From positions 1 through 64,000 of IMG/VR virus record IMGVR_UViG_3300029288_000123: a DNA stretch of 64,000 nt; one strand, 5' to 3'. This document shows positions 9,165-19,400 of this stretch, piece after piece; position 1 is the stretch's first letter; every line of letters begins with the position of its first letter. Under the pieces are notes generated by a model. That model worked only from the letters and a program-made list of their open reading frames with translations. It had not been told where the DNA came from and made no database searches. The stretch comes from a virus (Duplodnaviria > Caudoviricetes). The translations under genes and the position numbers were made by a program.

Positions 9165-9673
9165 TAACTTTACAATCTAAAAATATAATTAATAATTTTC
9201 CTGTTGTTCCTCCTATCAATAGTATGGTTATCTTGGGCGTAGACACTGCTCCGAACAGGACGGGGTGGTGTCTACTAAATTATTTATCTAAGACAAATAT
9301 TAAAATAGATTTTGGGTTTATTGATATTTCGTCCGAAAATATTTTAGATAAGTACAATCTATTGATTGATTTTTTTGAAGCAAACACACAGGAAGTTGAT
9401 AAAGTTATTATTGAAGAATCGTTTTTTGCTATAAACGTTAAATCGTTCCAAAAATTGAGTAGGGTAGGAATGTTAGTTTATGTCTGTGCTTATTTTAACA
9501 AAATAAAAGATATTCAGTTTGTGTTAGCAAGTCAGGCACGTAATAAAATAGGATTAAAGAACGGTAAGAAAGAAATTGTTCACAAAGAATTTTTTGATAG
9601 ATATAAAATTAAAATAGACGAGCCTAACTGTATAGACGCTTGTATCTTGGCTTTGGGGGGGCTGGTTTCTTAA
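9161..9673 (+). CDS. RuvC-like Holliday junction resolvase
   Basis: ILGVD..TGWC, VIIEE, C-terminal DACILAL. Confidence 0.8.
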   Translation: MITLQSKNIINNFPVVPPINSMVILGVDTAPNRTGWCLLNYLSKTNIKIDFGFIDISSENILDKYNLLIDFFEANTQEVDKVIIEESFFAINVKSFQKLSRVGMLVYVCAYFNKIKDIQFVLASQARNKIGLKNGKKEIVHKEFFDRYKIKIDEPNCIDACILALGGLVS

Positions 9674-10011
9674 TGAGCCAATCAAAAAATAAGTTAGAAG
9701 AATATATTGCGTCTCGGTTTAAAGAACTGTATAAATATGCTCGACCCACTAAGGGTTCGGGTTCAGGCGGAGAAGCCGGAGATATTAACCAGCCGTATTT
9801 TATTATTGAATGTAAATTAAGAAACACTGTTAATGCTACAATTAACAGAAATGTTTGGAAAAAATTAATAAAAGAAATTCCCATAGGAAGTAAAAGACTC
9901 CCTCTTTTAATTTTAGAAAACAAATTTGAAGAACGTTTTGTTGTTATAGATTTTGAAGATTTTTTTAATATATTTAAGGAGAATATCAATGGTCAACAAG
10001 AAAACAAATAA
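9673..10011 (+). CDS. PD-(D/E)xK (Hjc-like) Holliday junction resolvase
   Basis: LEEYIA, GSGS, GDI, IECK. Confidence 0.78.
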   Translation: MSQSKNKLEEYIASRFKELYKYARPTKGSGSGGEAGDINQPYFIIECKLRNTVNATINRNVWKKLIKEIPIGSKRLPLLILENKFEERFVVIDFEDFFNIFKENINGQQENK

Positions 10012-12010
10012 ATCAACCGAAATTATTAATAATATAAATAAAAAATTCGGAAAAAATATAATTAAGTTTGCTTCTGAAGAAGAAAAAAAAGAAAGATTAC
10101 CTTACGGAATACCTTATATAGATGATTTTACGGGGGGAAGTGTAAGAGGTAATTTTGTTATAATTTATGGCGGTGAATCTACAGGAAAAACATCTTTAAT
10201 TTATCATCATATAGCAACACAGCAAAAAAAAGGGTTGCGTTGTTGTCTTATAGACATTGAGCATAGTTATGCTCAAGACAGGGCATTACAGTTAGGCGTT
10301 GACCCTACAAAACTTTTATTAATGGAAAAAATAGATTATGCTGAACAGTCTATGGATATTATTATTGCTCTTGCAAAAGAAAGTGCTGTAGATTGTATTT
10401 ATGTGGATTGTTATGATAAAGAAACAGAGGTATTAACCAAAAAAGGCTGGAAATATTTTAAAGATGTAAATTACAAAGATTTATTGTTAAGTTTAGATTC
10501 AAATTATAAAGAAGCCAATTATTATAATGTTAAAAATATATATAAACAAAAATATAAAGGAAAGATGGTTTATTACAATAGAAGACATTGTAATTTTTGT
10601 ATGACTTTAAATAATAAAATATTATATGGATTACCTTCAAGTCAATTTTTTTCTGGATGGAAAACGGATAAAATATCAGATGTTATTAACAGTAAAAAAT
10701 ATAAAGAAAGTATATTTTTTAAAAAAGATTTTAATTGGAAAGGAAAGAATCAAAAGTATTTTATTTTTAAAGCTAATACCAAAGGAATTCCTAAATCATA
10801 TAAAATAGAAATGAATATTTGGTTAGAGTTTTTAGGGTGGTATTTAAGCGAAGGGAGCTTACAAGTAACAGAAAAAGGAAAAAACAATAATAATTTTTAT
10901 ACTGTAAAAATTCATCAGTCTTCTTTAAAACACCCATATTTTTGTAAAGAAATAGAAAATGTTTTATCTAAATTACCATTTAAATATAATAGGTTTAAAA
11001 ATAAATTCAAAGATTTTTATATTTGTAATTCTGGATTAGGAAAAGAATTATTAAAATATGGAAGGTATTCTAAAGATAGACAAGTTCCTAATTATGTAAA
11101 AAACTTAAATTCTGACCAAATAAAAAAATTTTTAAAAAGTTTTTTAAAAGGAGATGGTCATTTAACTTGGTCAGGAAATTGGAAAATAGCATTAAAAAGC
11201 AAAAAATTAATAGACGATTTACAAGAGTTATTTCTAAAGATTGGTGTTTATGCTTCTACTAGTCAATTTTATCAAAAACCTAAAAAAAAGTGGATAGTTG
11301 ACCATTGGGTAAATTTTGGGGGGTTATTTTATATTTTAACAACTTATCAAGGAAATAATATGAGTCATTATATTAGGAAAAAAAATATTCAGTTAATAGA
11401 ATATAATGATTTTATTTATGATGTAGAAGTTAAATCTCCAAGTAATCTTATTTATATAAGAAGAAAGGGAACTTGTTTTTGGGCATCTAATAGTATACAA
11501 GCTATGAGTAGCAGACAAGAACAAGAAAGTAAACAAGGAAAAGAGAGAAGTATTGAGGATGACGAAACAGCCTTACTTGCTCGTAAATTATCTAAATTTT
11601 TTAGGGTAGCTGGTAATCCGGTTTATACTGGAAAAGTGTCGGTAATATTAATAGGTCAGTTAAGAACCGATATTAGTAAATTTGGTGGGTTACATTCGTT
11701 AAGTGGAGGTAATGCGTTAAAACATACATCTAAACAAACATTATTTTTAAGAAAAGGGCAAAAAGCAGATGCCCCCACTGATAAAGTTAAAGAATATTAT
11801 TTTGATGAAAAAGGTAAGGAAAGATATAAGACTATAGATAAAATAATAGGTTTTTCTGCTGTTTTAAAAATGGAAAAAAATCATTTATCTGGTGGTAAAG
11901 CCGAAGGTAACGAGTTAAAATTACCTTTTTATTTTGATACTGGATTTACAGAACCCGAAAAAAAAGATGAAACTATAACAAAAGGAGAAAAAGATGAAGT
12001 TGACAATTAA
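9989..12010 (+). CDS. recA: RecA/UvsX-like recombinase with intein
   Basis: YGGESTGKT Walker A, IDIEH, YVD/S Walker B split by intein, IGQLR, SGGNALKH. Confidence 0.9.
   Translation: MVNKKTNKSTEIINNINKKFGKNIIKFASEEEKKERLPYGIPYIDDFTGGSVRGNFVIIYGGESTGKTSLIYHHIATQQKKGLRCCLIDIEHSYAQDRALQLGVDPTKLLLMEKIDYAEQSMDIIIALAKESAVDCIYVDCYDKETEVLTKKGWKYFKDVNYKDLLLSLDSNYKEANYYNVKNIYKQKYKGKMVYYNRRHCNFCMTLNNKILYGLPSSQFFSGWKTDKISDVINSKKYKESIFFKKDFNWKGKNQKYFIFKANTKGIPKSYKIEMNIWLEFLGWYLSEGSLQVTEKGKNNNNFYTVKIHQSSLKHPYFCKEIENVLSKLPFKYNRFKNKFKDFYICNSGLGKELLKYGRYSKDRQVPNYVKNLNSDQIKKFLKSFLKGDGHLTWSGNWKIALKSKKLIDDLQELFLKIGVYASTSQFYQKPKKKWIVDHWVNFGGLFYILTTYQGNNMSHYIRKKNIQLIEYNDFIYDVEVKSPSNLIYIRRKGTCFWASNSIQAMSSRQEQESKQGKERSIEDDETALLARKLSKFFRVAGNPVYTGKVSVILIGQLRTDISKFGGLHSLSGGNALKHTSKQTLFLRKGQKADAPTDKVKEYYFDEKGKERYKTIDKIIGFSAVLKMEKNHLSGGKAEGNELKLPFYFDTGFTEPEKKDETITKGEKDEVDN
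10409..11491 (+). mobile_element. Intein with LAGLIDADG homing endonuclease (361 aa) in RecA Walker B
   Basis: Starts CYDKETEVLT; FLGWYLSEG and FLKGDG; ends WASN followed by Ser. Confidence 0.9.
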
Positions 12011-12290
12011 TTCTGCATTAGCATTAAGTGATACTGTAAAGGCAAGAATAAGCGAATTAAAAATGCTTAGAAGTGAAGTTTCAGTTCAGAAAACAACAAG
12101 AAACACATATGAAAACAGAGTAGATGAAACAGTTGAAACACCGCAGTTCGATGTAAAAAAAGTTGATATAAAAATTACGGAACTAGAAAATTTTATGTTT
12201 TCTTTAACGAGTGCAATAAAAACAGTCAATGCAAAAACCGAAATCGGAATTGAAGTGGATGTGGACAAACTGTTAGCTCCTATAGAGTAG
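11994..12290 (+). CDS. DIP1984/DUF6847-like helical protein
   Basis: MKLTINSALAL..ARISEL and C-terminal AIKTVNAKTEI resemble MKLAEALxxR..RIxxL...IxxxNxxTxI. Confidence 0.5.
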   Translation: MKLTINSALALSDTVKARISELKMLRSEVSVQKTTRNTYENRVDETVETPQFDVKKVDIKITELENFMFSLTSAIKTVNAKTEIGIEVDVDKLLAPIE

Positions 12291-12330
12291 CAATATTTGC
12301 GAAAAATAGTAGAGTAGACAGTTGTTCTTT

Positions 12331-12512
12331 GAGAGAGGAAAAAAATACTTGGGACATTATATAAATGTCTATAAATATAGTCAAGTAAATTATTATACAA
12401 TATTTAATAAACAATTAGTTTGTTGTGTTTTTATAAAAAATATTGATATAATAAATTGAAGTTCGTTGTTGATAATATTTGATTGTCATTTAGGATTTTT
12501 TATTTCTCTCTC
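12331..12512 (+). ncRNA. Candidate structured non-coding RNA
   Basis: Closing stem 12331-12345/12497-12512 and five nested internal helices found by eye. Confidence 0.45.
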
Positions 12513-12534
12513 CATCCACCCAACCTAAATTTGA

Positions 12535-12609
12535 TGCTCTTTAGTGCAATTGGTAGCACATCAGATTTTGAGTCTGATAATTTAGGTTCGAATCCTAAAA
12601 GAGCAACCA
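12535..12609 (+). tRNA. tRNA-Gln(TTG)
   Basis: Cloverleaf TGCTCTT/AAGAGCA, anticodon arm TCAGA-TTTTGAG-TCTGA, TTCGAAT, encoded CCA. Confidence 0.93.
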
Positions 12610-12631
12610 GTATTAAAAAGGAGATTATAGT

Positions 12632-13126
12632 ATGAATTATAACACGCTTTTGGGTTATTTTGTTTCAGAAGAAAGTCTTAATAAGTTACTTGAAAAATGT
12701 CAAGAAGCGTTTGATGGTATTGATAAATTAAATGAACAACTTCAAGAAGGTATGTTAAGTGATAATCCTGATTCTTGCCGGTTAGCATTGGAAAGAGCAA
12801 CAGGGTATTATTCTTTTTTAAGTCCTATTACTAAAGTAGCTGAAGGTATTAAAAAGAATGAAGAAGGAAGATTTTATTGTTTAAGAAAATCTCAGTATGA
12901 ACGAGGAGAAGTGGTAGTAAAAGTTCCTCCAAAAAAAGAAGGAGAAAAAGAAACTATTCAGGTTTCTAAATTTACAGATGCTTCTTGTACTCGTGAATCT
13001 GAAGTTGCTGTTATTGTTTATAGAAATGTAAGAAATATTTTAATGGGGTATCTTAACAGTTCAGATGCTATTAAGGGGTCGTGTCAGTCCATTCTTAAAT
13101 CTTTAGAAAAAGAAAAAAACGTATGA
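12632..13126 (+). CDS. Helical hypothetical protein (possibly UvsY-like recombination mediator)
   Basis: Helical heptad pattern, position near recA; AAGGAG RBS. Confidence 0.35.
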   Translation: MNYNTLLGYFVSEESLNKLLEKCQEAFDGIDKLNEQLQEGMLSDNPDSCRLALERATGYYSFLSPITKVAEGIKKNEEGRFYCLRKSQYERGEVVVKVPPKKEGEKETIQVSKFTDASCTRESEVAVIVYRNVRNILMGYLNSSDAIKGSCQSILKSLEKEKNV

Positions 13127-13183
13127 TGTCCTTAAATATTGATATATTAGCATTTATTTGTGCAATAAAAAGAAAGAAAACAA

Positions 13184-13447
13184 ATGCCTTATATTAAACA
13201 AATAAGAAGAAAAGATTTTGAGAATATTTTAAAAACAATTGATAATCAATCTAATGATATGACTTCAGGAGATTTAAATTATTTAATCAGTTCTATACTT
13301 AATAGAATTGTAACAAAGAGGGGACAAAGTTATGAATTATATAACTCTTTGATAGGAGTGTTGGAATGTGTTAAATTGGAATTATATAGACAAAAAATTT
13401 CAAAATATGAAAACGAAAAAATTATGGAAAACGGCGATATATATTGA
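13184..13447 (+). CDS. Conserved phage protein (DUF6899-like)
   Basis: MPYIK, GDLNY, IGVLECVKLELYR, YENEKIMENGDIY. Confidence 0.7.
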   Translation: MPYIKQIRRKDFENILKTIDNQSNDMTSGDLNYLISSILNRIVTKRGQSYELYNSLIGVLECVKLELYRQKISKYENEKIMENGDIY

Positions 13448-15693
13448 AAATGAATTTACAGAATATTTCTAATACTGGACGATTTATTAACTTGTTTGTT
13501 CGAACCGACAAAGGGCTATCAATTAAACAAGATAAATCGTTTTATCCATATTATTTTGAAAAAGATAATACAGGTAAATATAAAGGATATGATGGCACAA
13601 ATTTGAGAAAAGTTATTATGCAAGACCCCAGAGACGTTTTTAAAAGTGCTTCTCGATTTGCGTGGTCGTCAGATATAGCATATTGTAAACGATATATTAT
13701 AGATAAAATAGATACTGTTGATGCTGTTCCTTTTCAGTATGGAATGTTTGATATTGAAGTAAAATGCACAAAATTACCAAACATCTTAACCGCTGATGAT
13801 ATGATTTCTTGTATTTCTTTATATAGTTCTTTTGATAATAAAATTATATCGTGGTTTGTTAAAGATTTTAATAGTGAGTTAGAAATGTTACAAAATTTTA
13901 TAGAAACAATAAAGAATAGCCAATTTGATTTATTGGTTGCTTGGAATATTAAGAATTTTGATTATCCTTATTTATATAATAGGCTTTTAAATTATTATGA
14001 CATTGATTTTGCTAAATTTGTTAGTCCAATAAACGAAAAACGTTTTGCAGGAAGAGATGATAATGGTGCTCCTGTTTATTATCCGAGCGGATTAAGTATT
14101 GTTGATTATAAAGGATTATATGAAAAATTTACATTAAATAAACGAGCGTCTTATGCTTTAGATTATATTGCTCGTGAAGATTTAGGAGAACAGTCGTGGG
14201 GAGAAAGTAATTTTGATGAAGTTTCTAAAGAAGTATTAGATAAAAATATTAATGATGTTCAGAGAATGTTTAAGTTAGAAGAAAAATTTAAGATTTTAGA
14301 ATATTTTTCGGAGATAAGGTCTTTGACAAAATGTTTGTGGGAAGATTTACCGCAAGATGTTATTAAACGTGAAAATAAAGTTATAAAAATAAGTAATAAT
14401 ATTAAACCATTAGAATTTTTATTTTATGAAGAAGCTAAAAATCAAAATATAATTTTGCCAAATAAACCCATAGAAAAGCATCAGGGGTCTTTCCAAGGGG
14501 CTTTCAGAGAAACATATTTTGAGGGTGTTAAAAATAATGTTAATCTTTGGGATTTAACCTCTGCTTATCCTTCAATGATTATAGATTTTTGTTTAGATAG
14601 CACTAATTTAGTGTCGGAAGAAACGAATAATACTTGTAAAATAAATATTATGGAACGAATTCGTCAAGATAAAAGAAAAGCTATTTATAAACATTCTAAC
14701 ACGGTTATTTTTACCCAAGACGCAACTAAACTTTTACCAAAAGTTACTGCTAAACTTTTAACATTAAAAGATGATTTAAAATCTAAATTAGAAAGTTTGG
14801 ATGTAAATACTAAAGAATATAAAATAGCCGAGACTGCTTACAAAGCAGTTAAATCTCAAGCTAATAGTGTGTTTGGAAGTATAGGGAATCCTCACTTTCG
14901 TTTATCAAATCCAAATGTTGTTTCTACCATCGCTTTTCTCGTTCGGGATTTATTAGTTTACGTAGAACAGGAACTTTGTAAAAAAGGATATAGAATAATA
15001 TTCATTGATACAGATAGTGTTGCGGTTGAAACACGAGACGATATAACCGACATGCTAAATAATTTAGTTAAAGAGTGGGGAGCAAAATATAATAAGCAGA
15101 ATCTTTCTGTTCAATTTAATTATGAAGGATATTTTGATAAAGTAATGGTTTTATCAGATTGTCATTATTATGGATATTTAGTTCAACCAAACGGACAACG
15201 AAAAAAAGTAATTAAGGGCGTAGAAATTATTAGGTCGTCTTCGGCAAAATTTGAATCTGAATTTCAGGAAAATTTAATTGAAAAAGTATTAAACGGAGCA
15301 AACGAAGAAAATATTCTTAAATGGATAGAAGAAGAAAAAGAAAGAATAAAAACTTTTCCTTTAGATGAGGTCGCCTTTCCATTTAAAATAAAATCTTCTT
15401 ATAAAAATGTTCCTATTTATAAAAGAGCATATGAAAATACAAAAATTATAGATAATACTTTTGAAATGAATGAAGGAGATATACGATATTATTTGTTTGT
15501 AAAACCCAAACAGCAAGGTTATGATAACAAACCGATAGACGTTCTTGTATTGACGGATAACATAGATAAAAGCTCAATAGACTGGGAAGCAATAACAAGA
15601 AGAAATATATATAATAAAGCAGAAAAAGTATTTGAAGTAATGGGGTGGAGTGTTGAGAAACTAAAAAACCCCGCCCAACTTTTTTTAATATAG
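13444..15693 (+). CDS. Family B DNA polymerase
   Basis: ExoI FDIE, ExoII NxxxFD, DLTSAYPS, KSQANSVFG, DTDS, KGVE. Confidence 0.93.
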   Translation: MKMNLQNISNTGRFINLFVRTDKGLSIKQDKSFYPYYFEKDNTGKYKGYDGTNLRKVIMQDPRDVFKSASRFAWSSDIAYCKRYIIDKIDTVDAVPFQYGMFDIEVKCTKLPNILTADDMISCISLYSSFDNKIISWFVKDFNSELEMLQNFIETIKNSQFDLLVAWNIKNFDYPYLYNRLLNYYDIDFAKFVSPINEKRFAGRDDNGAPVYYPSGLSIVDYKGLYEKFTLNKRASYALDYIAREDLGEQSWGESNFDEVSKEVLDKNINDVQRMFKLEEKFKILEYFSEIRSLTKCLWEDLPQDVIKRENKVIKISNNIKPLEFLFYEEAKNQNIILPNKPIEKHQGSFQGAFRETYFEGVKNNVNLWDLTSAYPSMIIDFCLDSTNLVSEETNNTCKINIMERIRQDKRKAIYKHSNTVIFTQDATKLLPKVTAKLLTLKDDLKSKLESLDVNTKEYKIAETAYKAVKSQANSVFGSIGNPHFRLSNPNVVSTIAFLVRDLLVYVEQELCKKGYRIIFIDTDSVAVETRDDITDMLNNLVKEWGAKYNKQNLSVQFNYEGYFDKVMVLSDCHYYGYLVQPNGQRKKVIKGVEIIRSSSAKFESEFQENLIEKVLNGANEENILKWIEEEKERIKTFPLDEVAFPFKIKSSYKNVPIYKRAYENTKIIDNTFEMNEGDIRYYLFVKPKQQGYDNKPIDVLVLTDNIDKSSIDWEAITRRNIYNKAEKVFEVMGWSVEKLKNPAQLFLI

Positions 15694-15701
15694 GAGATAT
15701 T

Positions 15702-15926
15702 ATGGAAGATTTATTTTTTGTACATTTTATTTGTAAACATACTAAAGAAAATTTAATGTGTCTAGTTAGGGGGACAAATGAATTATCTATTTTGATGAAA
15801 GAATATGATAAAGAGAGATTTATGTTATTGAATATTCAGTTTATAGGTTTGGTTTATTTAAAAGAATACAGTTATTTTAAGAAACAAGACCAATCACTAG
15901 TCACCGGCACAAAAGAGGAGAAATAA
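15702..15926 (+). CDS. Hypothetical protein
   Basis: ORF with AGGAG RBS. Confidence 0.6.
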   Translation: MEDLFFVHFICKHTKENLMCLVRGTNELSILMKEYDKERFMLLNIQFIGLVYLKEYSYFKKQDQSLVTGTKEEK

Positions 15927-15927
15927 T

Positions 15928-16179
15928 ATGCCTATTACGTCTGAACATTTTAGCGAAGAAGTTTCAAAACTAGAGTTACTTTCAAAAAATCTGACTGACC
16001 CTTATGAAATAATCATGGTTAAATCTCAAATTTTTATAATGAGATTGTTAAAAGATATAAGAAATAACATTTATCTTTTATCAGAAACCAAAAAACAGAT
16101 TCGCAGACCCATACCACACGGTGATAAACAAATAAGAGAAAGTAATCCATCTGAGAAACCAGAAGCAGTTAACAAATGA
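15928..16179 (+). CDS. Hypothetical protein
   Basis: ORF with GAGGAG RBS. Confidence 0.6.
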   Translation: MPITSEHFSEEVSKLELLSKNLTDPYEIIMVKSQIFIMRLLKDIRNNIYLLSETKKQIRRPIPHGDKQIRESNPSEKPEAVNK

Positions 16180-16403
16180 ATTTGAAGAACAAGTGTATTC
16201 GGAGAATTCACGTTAAGAAAACGTCGTTTAAACTAAGTTTTGCGTTGCTGGAAAAAATATGCAGTGACGCAAAACTAGTTAAAAAACAACCTACTTTAGA
16301 ATTAATTTTTGATAGTGATTATGGAAATTATATTTTATTATGTGAAGTAATAGAAGGGAATTTAAAAAATGCCAAAAGTAAAAGTGAGAAAAAAGGTAAC
16401 TAA
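16176..16403 (+). CDS. Hypothetical protein resembling the C-terminal half of a resolvase-type nuclease
   Basis: KKTSFKLSFALLEKICSDAKLVKKQPTLELIF pattern; no catalytic N-half. Confidence 0.35.
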   Translation: MNLKNKCIRRIHVKKTSFKLSFALLEKICSDAKLVKKQPTLELIFDSDYGNYILLCEVIEGNLKNAKSKSEKKGN

Positions 16404-19400
16404 GAAAGCAGATAATACTGATATTGCTCTTTTAGTTACTCCCCTCTCGAATGATGAATTACAAGAGTGGGATATAAATAAGATAATAGACTCTCTCGAA
16501 ACAGAGCTGGGTTTAGATATAAAAGAATCAAACGCTATTGCTAAGAGTATAGAAGAAAAACTTATTAATTCTACTATCAAAACAATTTCAACTTCTTTAG
16601 TTAGAGAATTAATAGATAACGAGTTATTTGAAAGAGGGTTAACCGCAAAGCTTAAAAAACATCAATCTTTAGGAATACCGTTACAGAATTTAAAAGATAT
16701 TATATTCACAAAGAATGAAGAAAACAGTAATATTTTATCCAACAACCCAGAAGCAGTTAATCTGGCTATTGCTGAGAACATATTGAAACAGTTTGCATTA
16801 GAAAATATTTTTAGTCAAGATGTAGCAACCGCCCATTTAGAAGGTAAAATACATATACATGATTTGGGGTTTCCTACAAGAGTTTATTCTTTTCATAAAG
16901 ACGAGTGTATGTTAATAAAAAACAGCAATATTATTTGCATAAGAAGCTTTAAACAATTGTGGGACGAGCAAACAGTTTCTCCTATAATAAACAATGATTG
17001 TGAAATCAAGATATTAGAAAACGTATTTGTTTATGATAAAAACAAAACTTGGACAAGATTAAAAAAAATTATTAGACATAAATCTAATAGAAAAATGTTG
17101 AGCATTGAAAGTCATAATGGTAATTCAGTTATAATAACAGATAATCACCCTTTTATAGTATTGGAAGATAAAATACCGAAATACACTTGTCCTGAGTGTG
17201 GAAAATTAACATCAATAACCAACGGTTCTTCTTGTAAAAATAGTAAAACATATATTTGTCAAAAATGTAATAGACAATTTAGTAAAAAAATAAAAAAATA
17301 TGATTTAACAAATACTAAAACAATACAAACAAACAGAGTTACTTTGGATAATTGGATTGTTGAAAGTGATTTAGTAGACAGAAATTATATTAAAAATAAC
17401 AAAATGTATTTTCCAATTGATAAAGAAACGGCATATTTTATAGGGTTATTTATTGCAGAAGGAAATATAGAAAAACACAGTATAACTATAACAGGTAAAT
17501 CTCATATCAAATACGTCAAAATGTTTGCAAAGAAACATAATTTTTCTTATACAATAAATAATATGAGTGTTCGAGTTTACGGAAAAAATCTCGTTAGTTT
17601 TTTAAATTTTATAGATGTAGGAATAAAATCAGACACAAAATCATTGCCTAAAAATTTTCTTGCGTTTGATGAGTCAGTTGTTGATACTATAATTTCGGGA
17701 ATATTTGATGGAGATGGTTCTATTAAAAAACAAGATAGAGGGGCAGATGAGTTATCAATAAGAGTAACATCAAGAATTTTATTATCTCAATTAAAATATT
17801 GGTTTAGTTATAAATATATAAAACACTCATTAACATATATAGGAATCAATAGCCCCCGAAAACATAAAGGTATAGATATTATCAACAAAAAACCAATGTA
17901 TAGAATTGCTTTTTATTTAAACAAAAAAAATAAAGATTTATTGAAAAACAGTTTAAAATTTAAATCATATAAACCAATTATAAGTAAAACCATAATCCCT
18001 AAAGTTGGAAGAGATTATAAAAACGAGAAAATTAAAGCTATAAAAGAATGTAAATATAAGGATAATTATGTTTATGATATTACTACAGAATCCAATACTT
18101 TTGTTTGTAACGGTATTCTTGTTCATAATTGTTCCGCTCATAGTATAGAATATATAAAGAAATACGGGTTATCTTTATGTAATTTAGATACTGAATCTGC
18201 TCCGGCTAAACATGCTCAGACATTAACTGGTCATTTAAATACTTTTTTAGCATCTATGCAATCTTATTATGCAGGGGCTTTAGGGTTGGGTTATGTGAAT
18301 ATTTTTTATGCTCCTTATCTTGAAGGAATGTCTTATGAAGAATTAAAACAGGAAGCTCAATATTTAATATTTAGTTGCAGTCAAAACGCTTTTTCTAGGG
18401 GTTCTCAAAGTTTAATATCTGAAGAAACAGTATGGATTAAAAAACAAAACACAATATATCAAAGTAAAATAGGTGATTTAGTTGATAGTAAATTAAAAGA
18501 AGATAATCAGGTACAACAAGAAAATAATATAGAGATTTCAAAACAAAATAAAGATAATTTAGAAGTGGTTTCTTTTGATAAAAAAGGAAAAATTTCTTAT
18601 AAGCCAATTACTGCTTTTGCTAAAATGCCATTTCAAGGAAAAATTTATTCTTTTGAAACATCTAAGGGTATTATAAAAGGCGTTACCGGAGACCATTCCG
18701 TGTTAATTTGGAACGGTAAATCTTTTGTTTCTCAAAAAGCAAGTGAACTTAAAAAAAATGATTATATTGTTGCTCCTTTAAAATTACCGGAGATAAAAGC
18801 TATAGACGAATTAAATTTAGGAAAAATTTTTGCAGAAAAAGAATCTTTTGGTGGTGAAATAAGAGTTTTAGATAAAAAAGAACTTTTTAAAAATGCTATT
18901 AAAAGAAAATTTGGAAGAAATTTTTTAGTTGAAATTGCAAAAGAAGCCGGAAGCAATGCTTCTTCTATAAGAACCAATTGGTTTAGAAAGAAAAAAATAC
19001 CAATTAAAATATATGATAAATATGTAGGATTAGATGAATCCGTGAATTTAATTTATAAAGGAGATAGTCACAGTGTTTTTTCTTCTAAAATTAAAGTATC
19101 TTCTGAGTTTGTAAAATTATTGGGTTATTATATTAGTGAGGGACATAATTCTAAGAAAGCAAAAACTTTTATAGCTATTTCTAATACCGATGATAAATTT
19201 ATTGATGATATAAAACAGTGTTTAAAGTTTTTTAATTATTCTTTTGTTGTTCATCAAAATAAAAATGTTAAACAGGTTGTAATACAGGGAATATTGGGTA
19301 AAATAATAAGTTTTCTAGGTGAAGATGATTTAGGTGTTAAACAAATACCTTTATTTATTTATTCTTTACCAAAAAAATTACAATTAGAATTCATTAAAGC

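Noticed and set aside
12086-12400. Minus-strand 104-aa ORF
   Set aside because: Antisense shadow of the DIP1984-like gene; no RBS or recognisable motif.
4997-15693. Archaeal virus assignment (prim-pol, PolB, Hjc-like)
   Set aside because: TTGACA/TATAAT promoters, bacterial-type RecA, ACP homologs and beta-clamp-like motifs point to a bacterial host.
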